NCBI GenBank assembly: GCA_913055635.1
Contig: CAJXLK010000001.1
Coordinates: 96,626-160,625, forward strand
Length of the DNA: 64,000 nt
Direction of reading: 5' to 3'
Source of the DNA: an uncultured Bacteroidota bacterium
GTDB lineage: Bacteria; Bacteroidota; Bacteroidia; Bacteroidales; UBA12077
Part shown: positions 1 to 8,368 of the stretch, one piece after another
Position numbering within the stretch: position 1 is the first letter of the stretch
Layout: the number at the start of each line of letters is the position of its first letter
The notes under the pieces: generated by a model
Databases searched by the model: none
Seen by the model: the letters and a program-made list of their open reading frames with translations, nothing else
What the model was told of the DNA's origin: nothing
Program-made: the position numbers and the translations under genes

Positions 1-26
1 TGCCAGGCCGCTGTCAAAAATAATAC

Positions 27-60
27 ATTATGGGTTTAATCCCATAATTTTTATTGTTTT
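27..60 (+). terminator. Intrinsic-terminator-like hairpin, possibly bidirectional
   Basis: 8-bp stem attatggg (27-34) / cccataat (41-48) with a 6-nt loop, followed by tttttattgtttt. An A-run (16-20) lies on the left flank. Confidence 0.5.
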
Positions 61-309
61 CACCCCAGACTCATGGCATTTGCCAGGTCAGGGGGCTGAC
101 CGGTGTGGGCCAGGGGGGAGGCCGGGTTCAAAATGGCAAGATTTAAGGGCCTGGGGGCAGAAAGGCTGGGGCAGGTGCGCCGAAGCAAAGTTTCCGCCAA
201 TCTCCAGGTAAACGGGGCATGGAGACGGGGCCCGATGAGCTGGGGGTAGGCGGGCGGGAAGCATCCCTGTAATATGTTCATTGGCTGACAGGCCGGCGAC
301 ATCGATAAA

Positions 310-804
310 CTAGGGCAGGTGACCGGAAAGGGCCAGCGATCGCTCATCAATGGCTCTTTGGGTGGCCAGTATGCCATCGAGGTGGTCGTATTCATGCTGA
401 AGGAGCTCAGACATGGATCCTTCCAGGAAACAGGCCTGTGGCTGCCATTTTTCATCGAGATAGTGGATCCGGCAGGTTTGATGTCTTTTTACCCGCACCA
501 GCAGGTTGGGAAAACTCATGCAATCATCCCACAACTCCATCATTTCGTTGCTTTTATCTGTAATGACGGGATTGATCAACAACTGGGGCCTTTCCATGTT
601 GAGCACGATCAGGCGTTTGAGGTAACCGATCTGGGGGGCGGCCATTGCCCGGCCCGCGCCATATTGATGGCGGAAGGCGGCGATCAGTTCGGCCATTGTC
701 CGGGCCTTTTCAAGGGCCTGATCCAGTTCGCCTTTTTCCAGGGGAGCGCATTTTTGATGCAGCCTGGGATCGCCCAGCTTAAGGATTTGGTTGAGGTCGG
801 CCAT
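310..804 (-). CDS. def: Peptide deformylase
   Basis: 164-aa ORF carrying the three deformylase boxes: GRAMAAPQIG (GxGxAAxQ), DDCMSFP (EGCLS-type) and QHEYDHLDG (HExxH). Confidence 0.92.
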   Translation of the reverse strand: MADLNQILKLGDPRLHQKCAPLEKGELDQALEKARTMAELIAAFRHQYGAGRAMAAPQIGYLKRLIVLNMERPQLLINPVITDKSNEMMELWDDCMSFPNLLVRVKRHQTCRIHYLDEKWQPQACFLEGSMSELLQHEYDHLDGILATQRAIDERSLALSGHLP

Positions 805-850
805 TTGAAGGTATGCAATGATTCAATGACAAAGGTAGGAAAAAAAAATG

Positions 851-869
851 GACCCCGCTAAGCGGGGTC
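851..869. repeat. 19-nt perfect palindrome gaccccgc-taa-gcggggtc (family copy 1)
   Basis: Read directly. 8-bp GC-rich arms. The loop is inverted (ctaag) relative to copies 2 and 3. Flanked by an A8 run on the left. Confidence 0.85.
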
Positions 870-877
870 AAAAACTT

Positions 878-894
878 ACCCCGCTTAGCGGGGT
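878..894. repeat. 17-nt palindrome accccgc-tta-gcggggt (family copy 2)
   Basis: Read directly, 9 nt downstream of copy 1, in the def/dnaE divergent intergenic region. Confidence 0.85.
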
Positions 895-925
895 TCGAAC
901 CTCATTTTTTCAGATCTTTGTTGTG

Positions 926-3868
926 ATGATCGCCGCTCATTCATACTACAGCTTGAGATATGGGGTTCATTCGGTGGAAGAACTGGTTCGCCAGGCCGCT
1001 TCATATGGGATGGATTCCCTGATTTTGACCGATATCGACAACACATCGGGTGTGGTCGAGTTGGTCAAATTCTGCCGCGAATACAACATCCGACCCATCG
1101 TGGGGATTGATTTTCGCAACGCCGATCAATGGCTTTACACCGGCATAGCCCTTAACAACAATGGCTTTTACCAGCTCAATGATTTTCTGAGTTACCACCG
1201 CCTGCGCCACCAATCCTTACCGGATATCCCGCCAGCTATGACAGATGTGGCGATGATCTATCCATATCGCAGCAGGCATCCCGATGAGCTGAGAAGCAAT
1301 GAATGGATCGGTATTCGGCCCCATGAGATCAACCGGATCGTTGCCAACGAATATCCCCGGCATGCAGAAAAATTGCTGATGTTTCACCCGGTAACATTTA
1401 TGAGCCGGGAGGATCTTGATGTTCATCGCCATTTGAGGGCCATTGACCACAATGCCCTGCTGTCTCACCTGCAAAACGAATGGCTGGCCGGTGAAGACGA
1501 ATTTTTTGTCCCCCCAACGGACCTTCATGCCCGCTACCAAAATTTTCCCGAACTCATTGAAAATGCTGAATCCATTCACCGGCAGGCAGCTCTTTCCTTT
1601 GAACCGGGGATGAAGAACAAGAAAACGTTTACCGGCGATTCCCAAAAGGATCGGGCCTTGCTGGAGAAACTTGCTTATCAGGGGATGGAAAAACGTTATG
1701 GCCCGGGTCATACCGCAGCCCGTGAAAGGGTTGACCGCGAGCTGGAAGTGATCAACCGGTTGGGTTTTGCGGCCTATTTTTTAATCACCCATGATATTGT
1801 TCGTTTCTCCATGCAGCAGGGTTTTCACCATGTTGGCCGCGGCAGTGGCGCCAACAGCGTGGTGGCTTATTGCCTTTACATCACCGATGTCGACCCGATC
1901 GAACTGAACCTGTATTTTGAACGTTTCATCAACCCCAAACGCAGCAGTCCCCCCGACTTTGACATTGACTATTCCTGGAAGGAGCGGGACCGGGTACTGG
2001 ATTATATTTTTAATACTTATCCGGGTGAACACACGGCCTTGTTGGGGACCATATCTACTTTCCGTGGTAAGTCTATCATTCGTGAACTCTCCAAGGTTTA
2101 TGGCCTGCCTAAGGGCGAGACGGATGCCATTTTGCGGGAGCCTGGCCGGTACATTAACCGGGATGCGACCATTGACCGGATCTTTGAACTGGCAGAGCGA
2201 TTGAGTGATTATCCCAATTTGCGCAGCATTCATGCCGGGGGTGTTTTGATTTCAGAAAAACCTGTAACCTGGTATACCGCCCTCGACCGGCCGCCTAAGG
2301 GGTATCCCACCACCCAGTGGGACATGTATTCGGCTGAAGATCTGGGCTTTGAAAAGCTTGACATCCTCAGCCAGCGAGGCATAGGCCACATCAAAGAGAC
2401 AGTGGATATTGTCAGGGAAAACGAAGGTTTGCAGGTCAGCATCCATGATGTAGAGGCCATTAAAGGTGATAATCTGGCCAGGTCCCTGCTTCGTTCGGGC
2501 GAGACCACGGGCTGCTTCTACATTGAGAGTCCTGCCATGCGGGGTTTGTTGAAGAAACTCCGGTGCGACAATTACCTGACCCTGGTGGCGGCCTCTTCGA
2601 TCATACGCCCCGGCGTTGCTAAGTCCGGGATGATGAAGGAATACATCCGGCGTTTTCACCATCCCGGTGATTTTCAGTACATTCATCCGGTGATGCAGCA
2701 GCAGTTGCAGGAGACCTATGGGGTGATGGTTTACCAGGAAGATGTTTTGAAGGTATGTCATCATTTTGCGGGATTGGATTTGGCCGATGCCGACATCCTG
2801 AGGCGGGCGATGAGTGGAAAATTTCGTTCGGGGAAGGAGTTTCGGCGGATTGAAGATAAGTTTTTCTCCAATTGCCGTCAGCGTGGCTATTCAGAGCACA
2901 TCATCAAGGAAGTATGGCGGCAGATTGAGTCTTTTGCCGGCTATTCCTTCTCCAAAGCCCATTCGGCCTCCTATGCGGTGGAGAGCTTTCAGAGTCTTTA
3001 CCTGAAAGCCCACCATCCCCTGGCATTTATGACTGCTGTGATCAATAATTTTGGGGGTTTTTACCAGACGTGGGTTTATATCAACGAAGCCCGCCGCTAC
3101 GGGGGAAAGGTTCACCTGCCCGAGATCAATCACAGCCTTTATTTGACCCGCCTGAAGGATCGGGATATCTACCTGGGATTCATACATATCCGCGACATGG
3201 AATCGTCAACAGCACGGCTGCTCATACAGGAAAGGCAAGAGCGGGGAACCTTTGCCAGCCTGGAGGATTTGATCGCCCGCACCGGTTTGCACCGCGAGCA
3301 GCTTATTTTGCTGATCCGGGTCGGAGCACTCCGTTTTACCGGCTACTCCAAGGCCGAGCTGCTGTGGAAGGCCCACATGCTCACCGCCCGTAAGCGCTCA
3401 AAAGCCCATAACCGCCAGCTTTTCCCCCCCGAAACACCCCGGGGCGAACTGCCCCAGATGCCCCAGGATCCGCTCGAGGATGCCTATGATGAAATAGAAC
3501 TGTTGGGCTATCCCATTACACTGAGCCATTTCGATATGCTGAAGACTTCCTTCCGCGGTGAAGCCCTGGCCGGCAATCTGAACCGCTATGTCGGCCAAAG
3601 TGTCCGCATGGTAGGGCTGTTGGTGAACATTAAATACGTGAAGACGGTGAAGGGGGAGATCATGAATTTTGCAGCTTTTTTGGATGTGAAAGGGGCATTT
3701 TTTGATACGCTCCATTTTCCTGCCTCCCTAAAGACTTATCCTTTCAAAGGCGATGGGGTTTATTTGATCCTGGGCAGGGTGGTCGAAGAATTCGCTTTTG
3801 CCAGCCTGGAGGTGGAAAAAATGGCCAAACTGCCCCTCAAACCCGATCCCCGGGATGACCCCGCTTAG
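926..3868 (+). CDS. dnaE: DNA polymerase III alpha-subunit family protein, short (~980 aa) form; DnaE2/error-prone-like by size
   Basis: N-terminal PHP-domain start (HSYYSLRYGV...LILTDIDNTSG). Polymerase core motifs GRGSGANSVVAYCLYITDVDP, PDFDIDY and FSKAHSASYA. I prefer the ATG at 926, because the 848 ATG lies inside the palindromes. No beta-clamp or tau-binding tail is visible, hence the short-form call. Confidence 0.85.
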   Translation: MIAAHSYYSLRYGVHSVEELVRQAASYGMDSLILTDIDNTSGVVELVKFCREYNIRPIVGIDFRNADQWLYTGIALNNNGFYQLNDFLSYHRLRHQSLPDIPPAMTDVAMIYPYRSRHPDELRSNEWIGIRPHEINRIVANEYPRHAEKLLMFHPVTFMSREDLDVHRHLRAIDHNALLSHLQNEWLAGEDEFFVPPTDLHARYQNFPELIENAESIHRQAALSFEPGMKNKKTFTGDSQKDRALLEKLAYQGMEKRYGPGHTAARERVDRELEVINRLGFAAYFLITHDIVRFSMQQGFHHVGRGSGANSVVAYCLYITDVDPIELNLYFERFINPKRSSPPDFDIDYSWKERDRVLDYIFNTYPGEHTALLGTISTFRGKSIIRELSKVYGLPKGETDAILREPGRYINRDATIDRIFELAERLSDYPNLRSIHAGGVLISEKPVTWYTALDRPPKGYPTTQWDMYSAEDLGFEKLDILSQRGIGHIKETVDIVRENEGLQVSIHDVEAIKGDNLARSLLRSGETTGCFYIESPAMRGLLKKLRCDNYLTLVAASSIIRPGVAKSGMMKEYIRRFHHPGDFQYIHPVMQQQLQETYGVMVYQEDVLKVCHHFAGLDLADADILRRAMSGKFRSGKEFRRIEDKFFSNCRQRGYSEHIIKEVWRQIESFAGYSFSKAHSASYAVESFQSLYLKAHHPLAFMTAVINNFGGFYQTWVYINEARRYGGKVHLPEINHSLYLTRLKDRDIYLGFIHIRDMESSTARLLIQERQERGTFASLEDLIARTGLHREQLILLIRVGALRFTGYSKAELLWKAHMLTARKRSKAHNRQLFPPETPRGELPQMPQDPLEDAYDEIELLGYPITLSHFDMLKTSFRGEALAGNLNRYVGQSVRMVGLLVNIKYVKTVKGEIMNFAAFLDVKGAFFDTLHFPASLKTYPFKGDGVYLILGRVVEEFAFASLEVEKMAKLPLKPDPRDDPA

Positions 3869-3875
3869 CGGGGTC
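3857..3875. repeat. 19-nt palindrome gaccccgc-tta-gcggggtc (family copy 3) overlapping the dnaE stop codon
   Basis: The TAG stop (3866-3868) sits in the hairpin loop. The arms are identical to copy 1. Confidence 0.85.
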
Positions 3876-4223
3876 GGGAAACAGTTTATTGGCTTCATCG
3901 TGTTTGAGATTTGTGATTTGGAGGGCAGTTGGCGTAAAATTCAACTCCCCAATCTTATGGAAAGATATTCGGAAGCATTCATTGAATAAGCCATTAATCG
4001 GTGATGGATTTTTTAATTGGATAATCATTATTTAGGGTGTTCTAACTCTTTAAACTTTTAGTTTGCCGGTAAAACCAGCCCCCTGAAGCATCTTAAACTA
4101 CATCGGTCTCCGGAGAACACTCTGCCGCGTGGAACCCTGCCATCCTGGCGGTGAAATCCAAATGATTAAGGATTTGATGGGGTTTAAGGATAGGGCCGTT
4201 TGTGTATCTGTATTTTTAATCGT

Positions 4224-4282
4224 CCCCCCTGGAATCCGGGGGTCTCTGAATAACCCCCTGGAATCCGGGGGTCTCTGAATAA
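4224..4282. repeat. 30 + 29-nt direct tandem unit cccccctggaatccgggggtctctgaataa (two units here, one in copy 2)
   Basis: Read directly. Each unit contains a ccccc/ggggg inverted repeat. Copy 2 has a single unit at 8253-8282. Confidence 0.9.
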
Positions 4283-4300
4283 CCTTCAAGATGGGGGTGG

Positions 4301-4339
4301 TCTTTAAAGAAACCGCCGGGCTGGTGTCCAACCCGGCGG
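4301..4339 (-). terminator. Intrinsic terminator of the large secreted-protein gene (copy 1)
   Basis: Perfect 8-bp GC stem ccgccggg (4313-4320) / cccggcgg (4332-4339) with an 11-nt loop. On the minus strand it is followed by tttctttaaag. It lies 30 nt past the stop codon. Confidence 0.7.
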
Positions 4340-4368
4340 AAGATGCAGGACAAGGTGTGATGTTCCGG

Positions 4369-7300
4369 TTACCGGCTGATGCTGTACTCCAGCCTGTCAA
4401 GGGGGTAGTATGTTTTCGGGTGGTCTCCGATGCGCTCTTTCTCGCTCTTGTGATGGAGTTTGATGATAGCCCTGTCATCCAGTGTCGGATATGCTGCATC
4501 TATGTTCATGAATGAGGTGTAACTTGATACATTACCTCTTCGTTCACTTCGTCCGTAGATTTCTTTAAGATTTCCTGCCCAGTCCTGTAAATTTACTTCT
4601 ATGTCTCCTCCATTAACAGCTGTTTCTTTATATTGCTTATTATTTTCATATATTGCCAGTGCTTCAGGAACTGTTTCATTACCACCGATATATACGTTCC
4701 ATCCGAGACTGTCGGGATGGTAATTATGCTCTGGATGATAATTGCTGAATTCTGCATCGATGTGTTCGTTTACGAGTTTGAATGGTCTGGATGGATCATC
4801 CATGGGCACGCTTTTTGGTATGCCATAGAACAGACTATCTCCGACTGCAATGATTGAATCCCTGAATGTTTGTTTCTCTGAAGCGTCCATTGATTCATAG
4901 TTGAGTCTGACTTTTCGCCCCATCGCTTCTTCAGTGTCTGTTCTATATGCAGAGGAACTTGGAGGACTTCGTATCATCTCATCGATTTTCTCGGGATCCG
5001 CTGTCACTGTCTCTCCTTTATCCGGATCGTTTTCTGTCGCTGGAATCGGCAGTTCCGTTGGCACGAGCATCCAGTTTATCGTCTCGATACTGTCTTCAGC
5101 CGGCTCGATGACCTCTGACTTGATCGTATATGTGTGACCTACATCTGACAGATACCCGCTTGCATTGTGATTGTGATAACCGACCTCCCAGAATCCTTCT
5201 GTATTGCAATCGATATCGCCGATCCTGAATTTTCCGTCTGCATCCGTCACGCTCTCTGCTAACAGCGTGCTATCGCTTGCTCTCTTGAACCTTACCTTGA
5301 CGCTATCGAGCCGCTTGTTGGCATCGTAGATATCTCTGATTGTTCCTTTTAGAGTGACATTCTGATCGTACTGTTGAACATAAGCGTCTCCTAGATCATC
5401 AAGTGATTTTGTTATTTTTATAGTATCTTTATATGGTTTGAACATTCCTGTTGAGGTGGTGTCTGTTGGGGTAATCGTTCTGACATACTGTGCGGTATCG
5501 GCTTCTCCCTGTGCATCTGTGGGGATTTTAATATTTGTGAACTCATAAAAATTATCATCATTCATTGTTATTGAATCTTTATGATTGACATTAACACCCT
5601 TTATTTTCACAAATGCATTTGAAATCCACCCATAAGGTTCTCGTCGTATAGTTCCTATTACACTCTCATTCTCTACATACTCTGGATACTCTGTGAGTCC
5701 CGGCATATCAATCTCATTCTCTCCCTCACTCACATTCATGGTAGTGTCCTTATCTGTATATCCTTCTCGGGAGAGTGAATAGACGAGGCTATCAAGCCGT
5801 TGCGTGGCCGGCCTCGTAACATCGAACTCGTAATCCGGATCGTTCTCCTGGAGCGCCTTTCCGTGAGCCAATGTGTCCTGGGAGTTGGCCTTATCGGTTA
5901 CGACATAATCGAGGCTATCGGTTGCCGTACTTCCGAACAGCGAATACGACACCGTATCTGGCTTCAACGCCGGCAAATCAAACGCATTCTCTCCCTCGCT
6001 CACATCCACAGCCGTATCTTGTTTTAGATAATTATCTCTGGACAAATTCACCAGCACACTATCGATCTGCTCTTCAGTTGCAAGCCTCTCAAAATCCACG
6101 CTGTAAGCAGGACTATTCTCCTGCAGGGCCTTTCCCTCTCCCAGTGTATCCTGTGGGTTGGCCTTATCAGTCACGACATAATCGAGGCTATCTGTTGCCG
6201 TACTTCCAAACAGCGAATACGACACCGTATCCGGCTTCAATGGCGGCAGATTGATCGCATTCACACCTGTCTGCACCTCTCGCACGAGTGTATCGAGATC
6301 CTGATAATCCTCTCTTAATAGCTCGAACCTAACGCTATCAAGCGCTCCGACGCGCTTGAAACCCATCTCATAACTGTTCTCACTCACATTCGCTGAATCC
6401 AGCCCCGCTCCATCGGCTGCATTGAAAAGTTTGATCTTTGAACCATTCGGCCCTGCACTTCCTGTAAACGAATAGACGAGACTGTCAAGCCGCACATCGA
6501 AGCTGTTCTGCCCGTATGAAAGTGCCACGGTCGTATCCTTATCCTGCCAGTTCTGATGGGCTACAGCCACATCCGCGCTGTCTGTGGAAACATCTGTCGT
6601 ATAGTTCACCTCAGTGCCGTTTAACGATTCTCCGGTGCTTCGTGGTGTGACTGCCACATCGCTTCCTTGTGGGGCTTCGACCTTGACCTCATAATGGAGG
6701 GTCACATCGGTGAGATCCTGTTTTAGCGTATCGGTGACAGTACCGTCCCAGTTTTTTTGCACGACATTGGGTGCTGATTGCGTAATCTGCACTGGCTGGC
6801 TCTCCTTCGTATTGGAGAACGTTGCCGAATACCGCCCCTCTATCTCATCAGTATCGGCGAGTATCGTATCTGCTTGACTATCCTTTATCGTCACAGCAGC
6901 ACCGTCCATCGCATCCCCTAAGACGGTGTGGTTGAACGTATCTTCTGGTGTGCTTTTTTCAGAGAGCCTGAACGTCACGTTTTGTCCGCCCCAGCTTCCA
7001 ACAAACGTGCTATCGAGCGTCTCATGTTCTGGTGCTTCCACGTGCAGGTTCAACTCCTTCTCCCTGCTGTCCAGATATGCAGAGTCGGTCCTGTAGGTTT
7101 TGTTTGCATCAACGGCTCCTGCAAACACTTCGTTGCCATCCACAGCAATATTCACGTTCGCATCAGCCGCGTTTCCTTCTACGGTATAGAAATGGATGAA
7201 TCCATCCGGGGCGATGGTTTCGGAGAGGTTGTTTGTGCCTTCACTGAGGTGGTATTCGCGGGTGAAGCGTGTGAAGGTGATGTTGCAGGAGCCGTCGGGT

Positions 7301-7959
7301 TGGAAAGAGAAGGTATAGTTGGGGTCCGGGCTGGTGTTATGCAGGCTGGCGGTGGCATCAGACGGGCCGGGCCGATGCCCTGTTTTGCCCCCGCCTGCCT
7401 GTGAGCCGCCGGGGTGGTGTATGATCCGGGCGTTTGAGCCCTGCCAGCGGAACAGGTAGATGCCCCCGTCCACCGAGCCAGGGTGAGGCTGCCATCGAAA
7501 GACGGTGGTGGTGCTGCCTCCGCCCCGGGGTTCCAACCGGGCCACGAGGCGCCCCGAGAGGCTGTGTATGGTGGCAGCCGGACGGTCTTTCTCGGGAGCG
7601 GCCCGGCCCCTTACCACGATGCGGTGCGAGGCGCCCGGGTTGGGGATGACCGTGACACCCGCACCCTCGCTTTCCGGCCCGTTAAGACCGGTTGCCACCG
7701 ACAACCCGCTGAAGCCGGCCTGCCCGTCGGGTCCGGTCAGCAGGGTGTCAACCGCCCCGTCTCCACCGTAAGGGGCGATCACTACCCGGGCCCGGCGAAC
7801 AGCCTCGCCGCTGTCGGTCTTCACCGTGAGGGTGCCCGAGGCCGCCTGGCCAAAAGCGGCAGGGGAGCCACACAATAGTACGATAAATATAGCCACACCT
7901 GTGATGCCGCCGCAGTTGATCCTGTGAAAAACCTTTGGGCGCGAAAAAGAGGTTGTCAT
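4369..7959 (-). CDS. Large secreted multi-domain repeat protein, copy 1 (1196 aa), function unknown
   Basis: Signal peptide MTTSF...LLCGSPAAFGQA. CarboxypepD_reg-like segment (GTLTVKTDSGEAV...TGPDGQAGF). Internal T9SS-CTD-like segment (VIPNPGASHRIVV...IHSLSGRLVARL...GGIYLFRWQG). Two 91-aa tandem repeats. A second CarboxypepD_reg-like segment (LKGTIRD...TDADGKFRI). The C-terminal ~350 aa has no motif I recognise. Confidence 0.85.
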   Translation of the reverse strand: MTTSFSRPKVFHRINCGGITGVAIFIVLLCGSPAAFGQAASGTLTVKTDSGEAVRRARVVIAPYGGDGAVDTLLTGPDGQAGFSGLSVATGLNGPESEGAGVTVIPNPGASHRIVVRGRAAPEKDRPAATIHSLSGRLVARLEPRGGGSTTTVFRWQPHPGSVDGGIYLFRWQGSNARIIHHPGGSQAGGGKTGHRPGPSDATASLHNTSPDPNYTFSFQPDGSCNITFTRFTREYHLSEGTNNLSETIAPDGFIHFYTVEGNAADANVNIAVDGNEVFAGAVDANKTYRTDSAYLDSREKELNLHVEAPEHETLDSTFVGSWGGQNVTFRLSEKSTPEDTFNHTVLGDAMDGAAVTIKDSQADTILADTDEIEGRYSATFSNTKESQPVQITQSAPNVVQKNWDGTVTDTLKQDLTDVTLHYEVKVEAPQGSDVAVTPRSTGESLNGTEVNYTTDVSTDSADVAVAHQNWQDKDTTVALSYGQNSFDVRLDSLVYSFTGSAGPNGSKIKLFNAADGAGLDSANVSENSYEMGFKRVGALDSVRFELLREDYQDLDTLVREVQTGVNAINLPPLKPDTVSYSLFGSTATDSLDYVVTDKANPQDTLGEGKALQENSPAYSVDFERLATEEQIDSVLVNLSRDNYLKQDTAVDVSEGENAFDLPALKPDTVSYSLFGSTATDSLDYVVTDKANSQDTLAHGKALQENDPDYEFDVTRPATQRLDSLVYSLSREGYTDKDTTMNVSEGENEIDMPGLTEYPEYVENESVIGTIRREPYGWISNAFVKIKGVNVNHKDSITMNDDNFYEFTNIKIPTDAQGEADTAQYVRTITPTDTTSTGMFKPYKDTIKITKSLDDLGDAYVQQYDQNVTLKGTIRDIYDANKRLDSVKVRFKRASDSTLLAESVTDADGKFRIGDIDCNTEGFWEVGYHNHNASGYLSDVGHTYTIKSEVIEPAEDSIETINWMLVPTELPIPATENDPDKGETVTADPEKIDEMIRSPPSSSAYRTDTEEAMGRKVRLNYESMDASEKQTFRDSIIAVGDSLFYGIPKSVPMDDPSRPFKLVNEHIDAEFSNYHPEHNYHPDSLGWNVYIGGNETVPEALAIYENNKQYKETAVNGGDIEVNLQDWAGNLKEIYGRSERRGNVSSYTSFMNIDAAYPTLDDRAIIKLHHKSEKERIGDHPKTYYPLDRLEYSISR
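5695..6240 (-). repeat. Two in-frame 273-bp (91-aa) tandem repeats inside the large gene
   Basis: LKPDTVSYSLFGSTATDSLDYVVTDKAN... occurs twice, with Leu codons at 6238-6240 and 5965-5967, exactly 273 nt apart. More degenerate units lie upstream. The same tract occurs at 9695-10240 in copy 2. Confidence 0.85.
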
Positions 7960-8300
7960 AACAACGCGTTTGTTTTGTTGGTATAACCAAAATAAGAAAA
8001 ATTGCGGGAAAAGCGAAAGAAGAAGGCAAAGGAAGAGGAAGGAGGGAATAGGGTTCTATTGTTTTATGGTTGAAGGGTTAAGGGGTCGTTGTTGCGGAAG
8101 TTGCGACCGCAGGCTGTCACGCGTCAAATTTGAAACATAAAACGTTGCACCTAAAACTCCAGGCTAAGCACCAAATTTTAAGCAAAATTTCAATCTCCAA
8201 ATCTCAAACCGGTGACAACAGAGGATATCGGGTTTGGAATTTTCCCAATCGTCCCCCCTGGAATCCGGGGGTCTCTGAATAACCGTCAAGATGGGGGTGG

Positions 8301-8339
8301 TCTTTAAAGAAACCGCCGGGCTGGTGTCCAACCCGGCGG
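8301..8339 (-). terminator. Intrinsic terminator of the large secreted-protein gene (copy 2)
   Basis: Sequence identical to 4301-4339. Confidence 0.7.
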
Positions 8340-8368
8340 AAGATGCAGGACAAGGTGTGATGTTCCGG

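Larger units (their letters stand above)
4218..8016. repeat. Tandem duplication, copy 1 (3799 bp)
   Basis: Aligns with 8247-12016. Every six-frame ORF in this block reappears with an identical protein at +4000. The only differences I could read are an extra 29-nt unit at 4254-4282 and t4285 versus g8285. Confidence 0.95.

Noticed and set aside
60-455. 131-aa minus-strand ORF overlapping def
   Set aside because: It overlaps the well-supported def gene out of frame and has Pro/Leu/Ser-rich low-complexity composition.
886-901. gcggggttcgaacctc after palindrome copy 2, resembling a tRNA T-arm (GGTTCGAAYC); possible tRNA fragment or att site
   Set aside because: No acceptor, D or anticodon arms can be folded around it. 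The match is limited to about 10 nt and is partly the palindrome arm itself.
4098-4515. ORFs 4098-4499 (-) and 4291-4515 (+), and their twins 8164-8499 and 8291-8515
   Set aside because: They span the terminator hairpin, the 30-nt repeat units and the 3' end of the large gene. There are no recognisable motifs, and their N-termini differ between the copies only because the flanks differ.
7434-7878. Plus-strand ORFs 7434-7649, 7483-7878 and 7505-7771 (and their twins at +4000)
   Set aside because: They lie antisense to the GC-rich part of the large gene and are Arg/Pro/Gly-rich, which is typical of stop-codon-poor GC-rich antisense frames.
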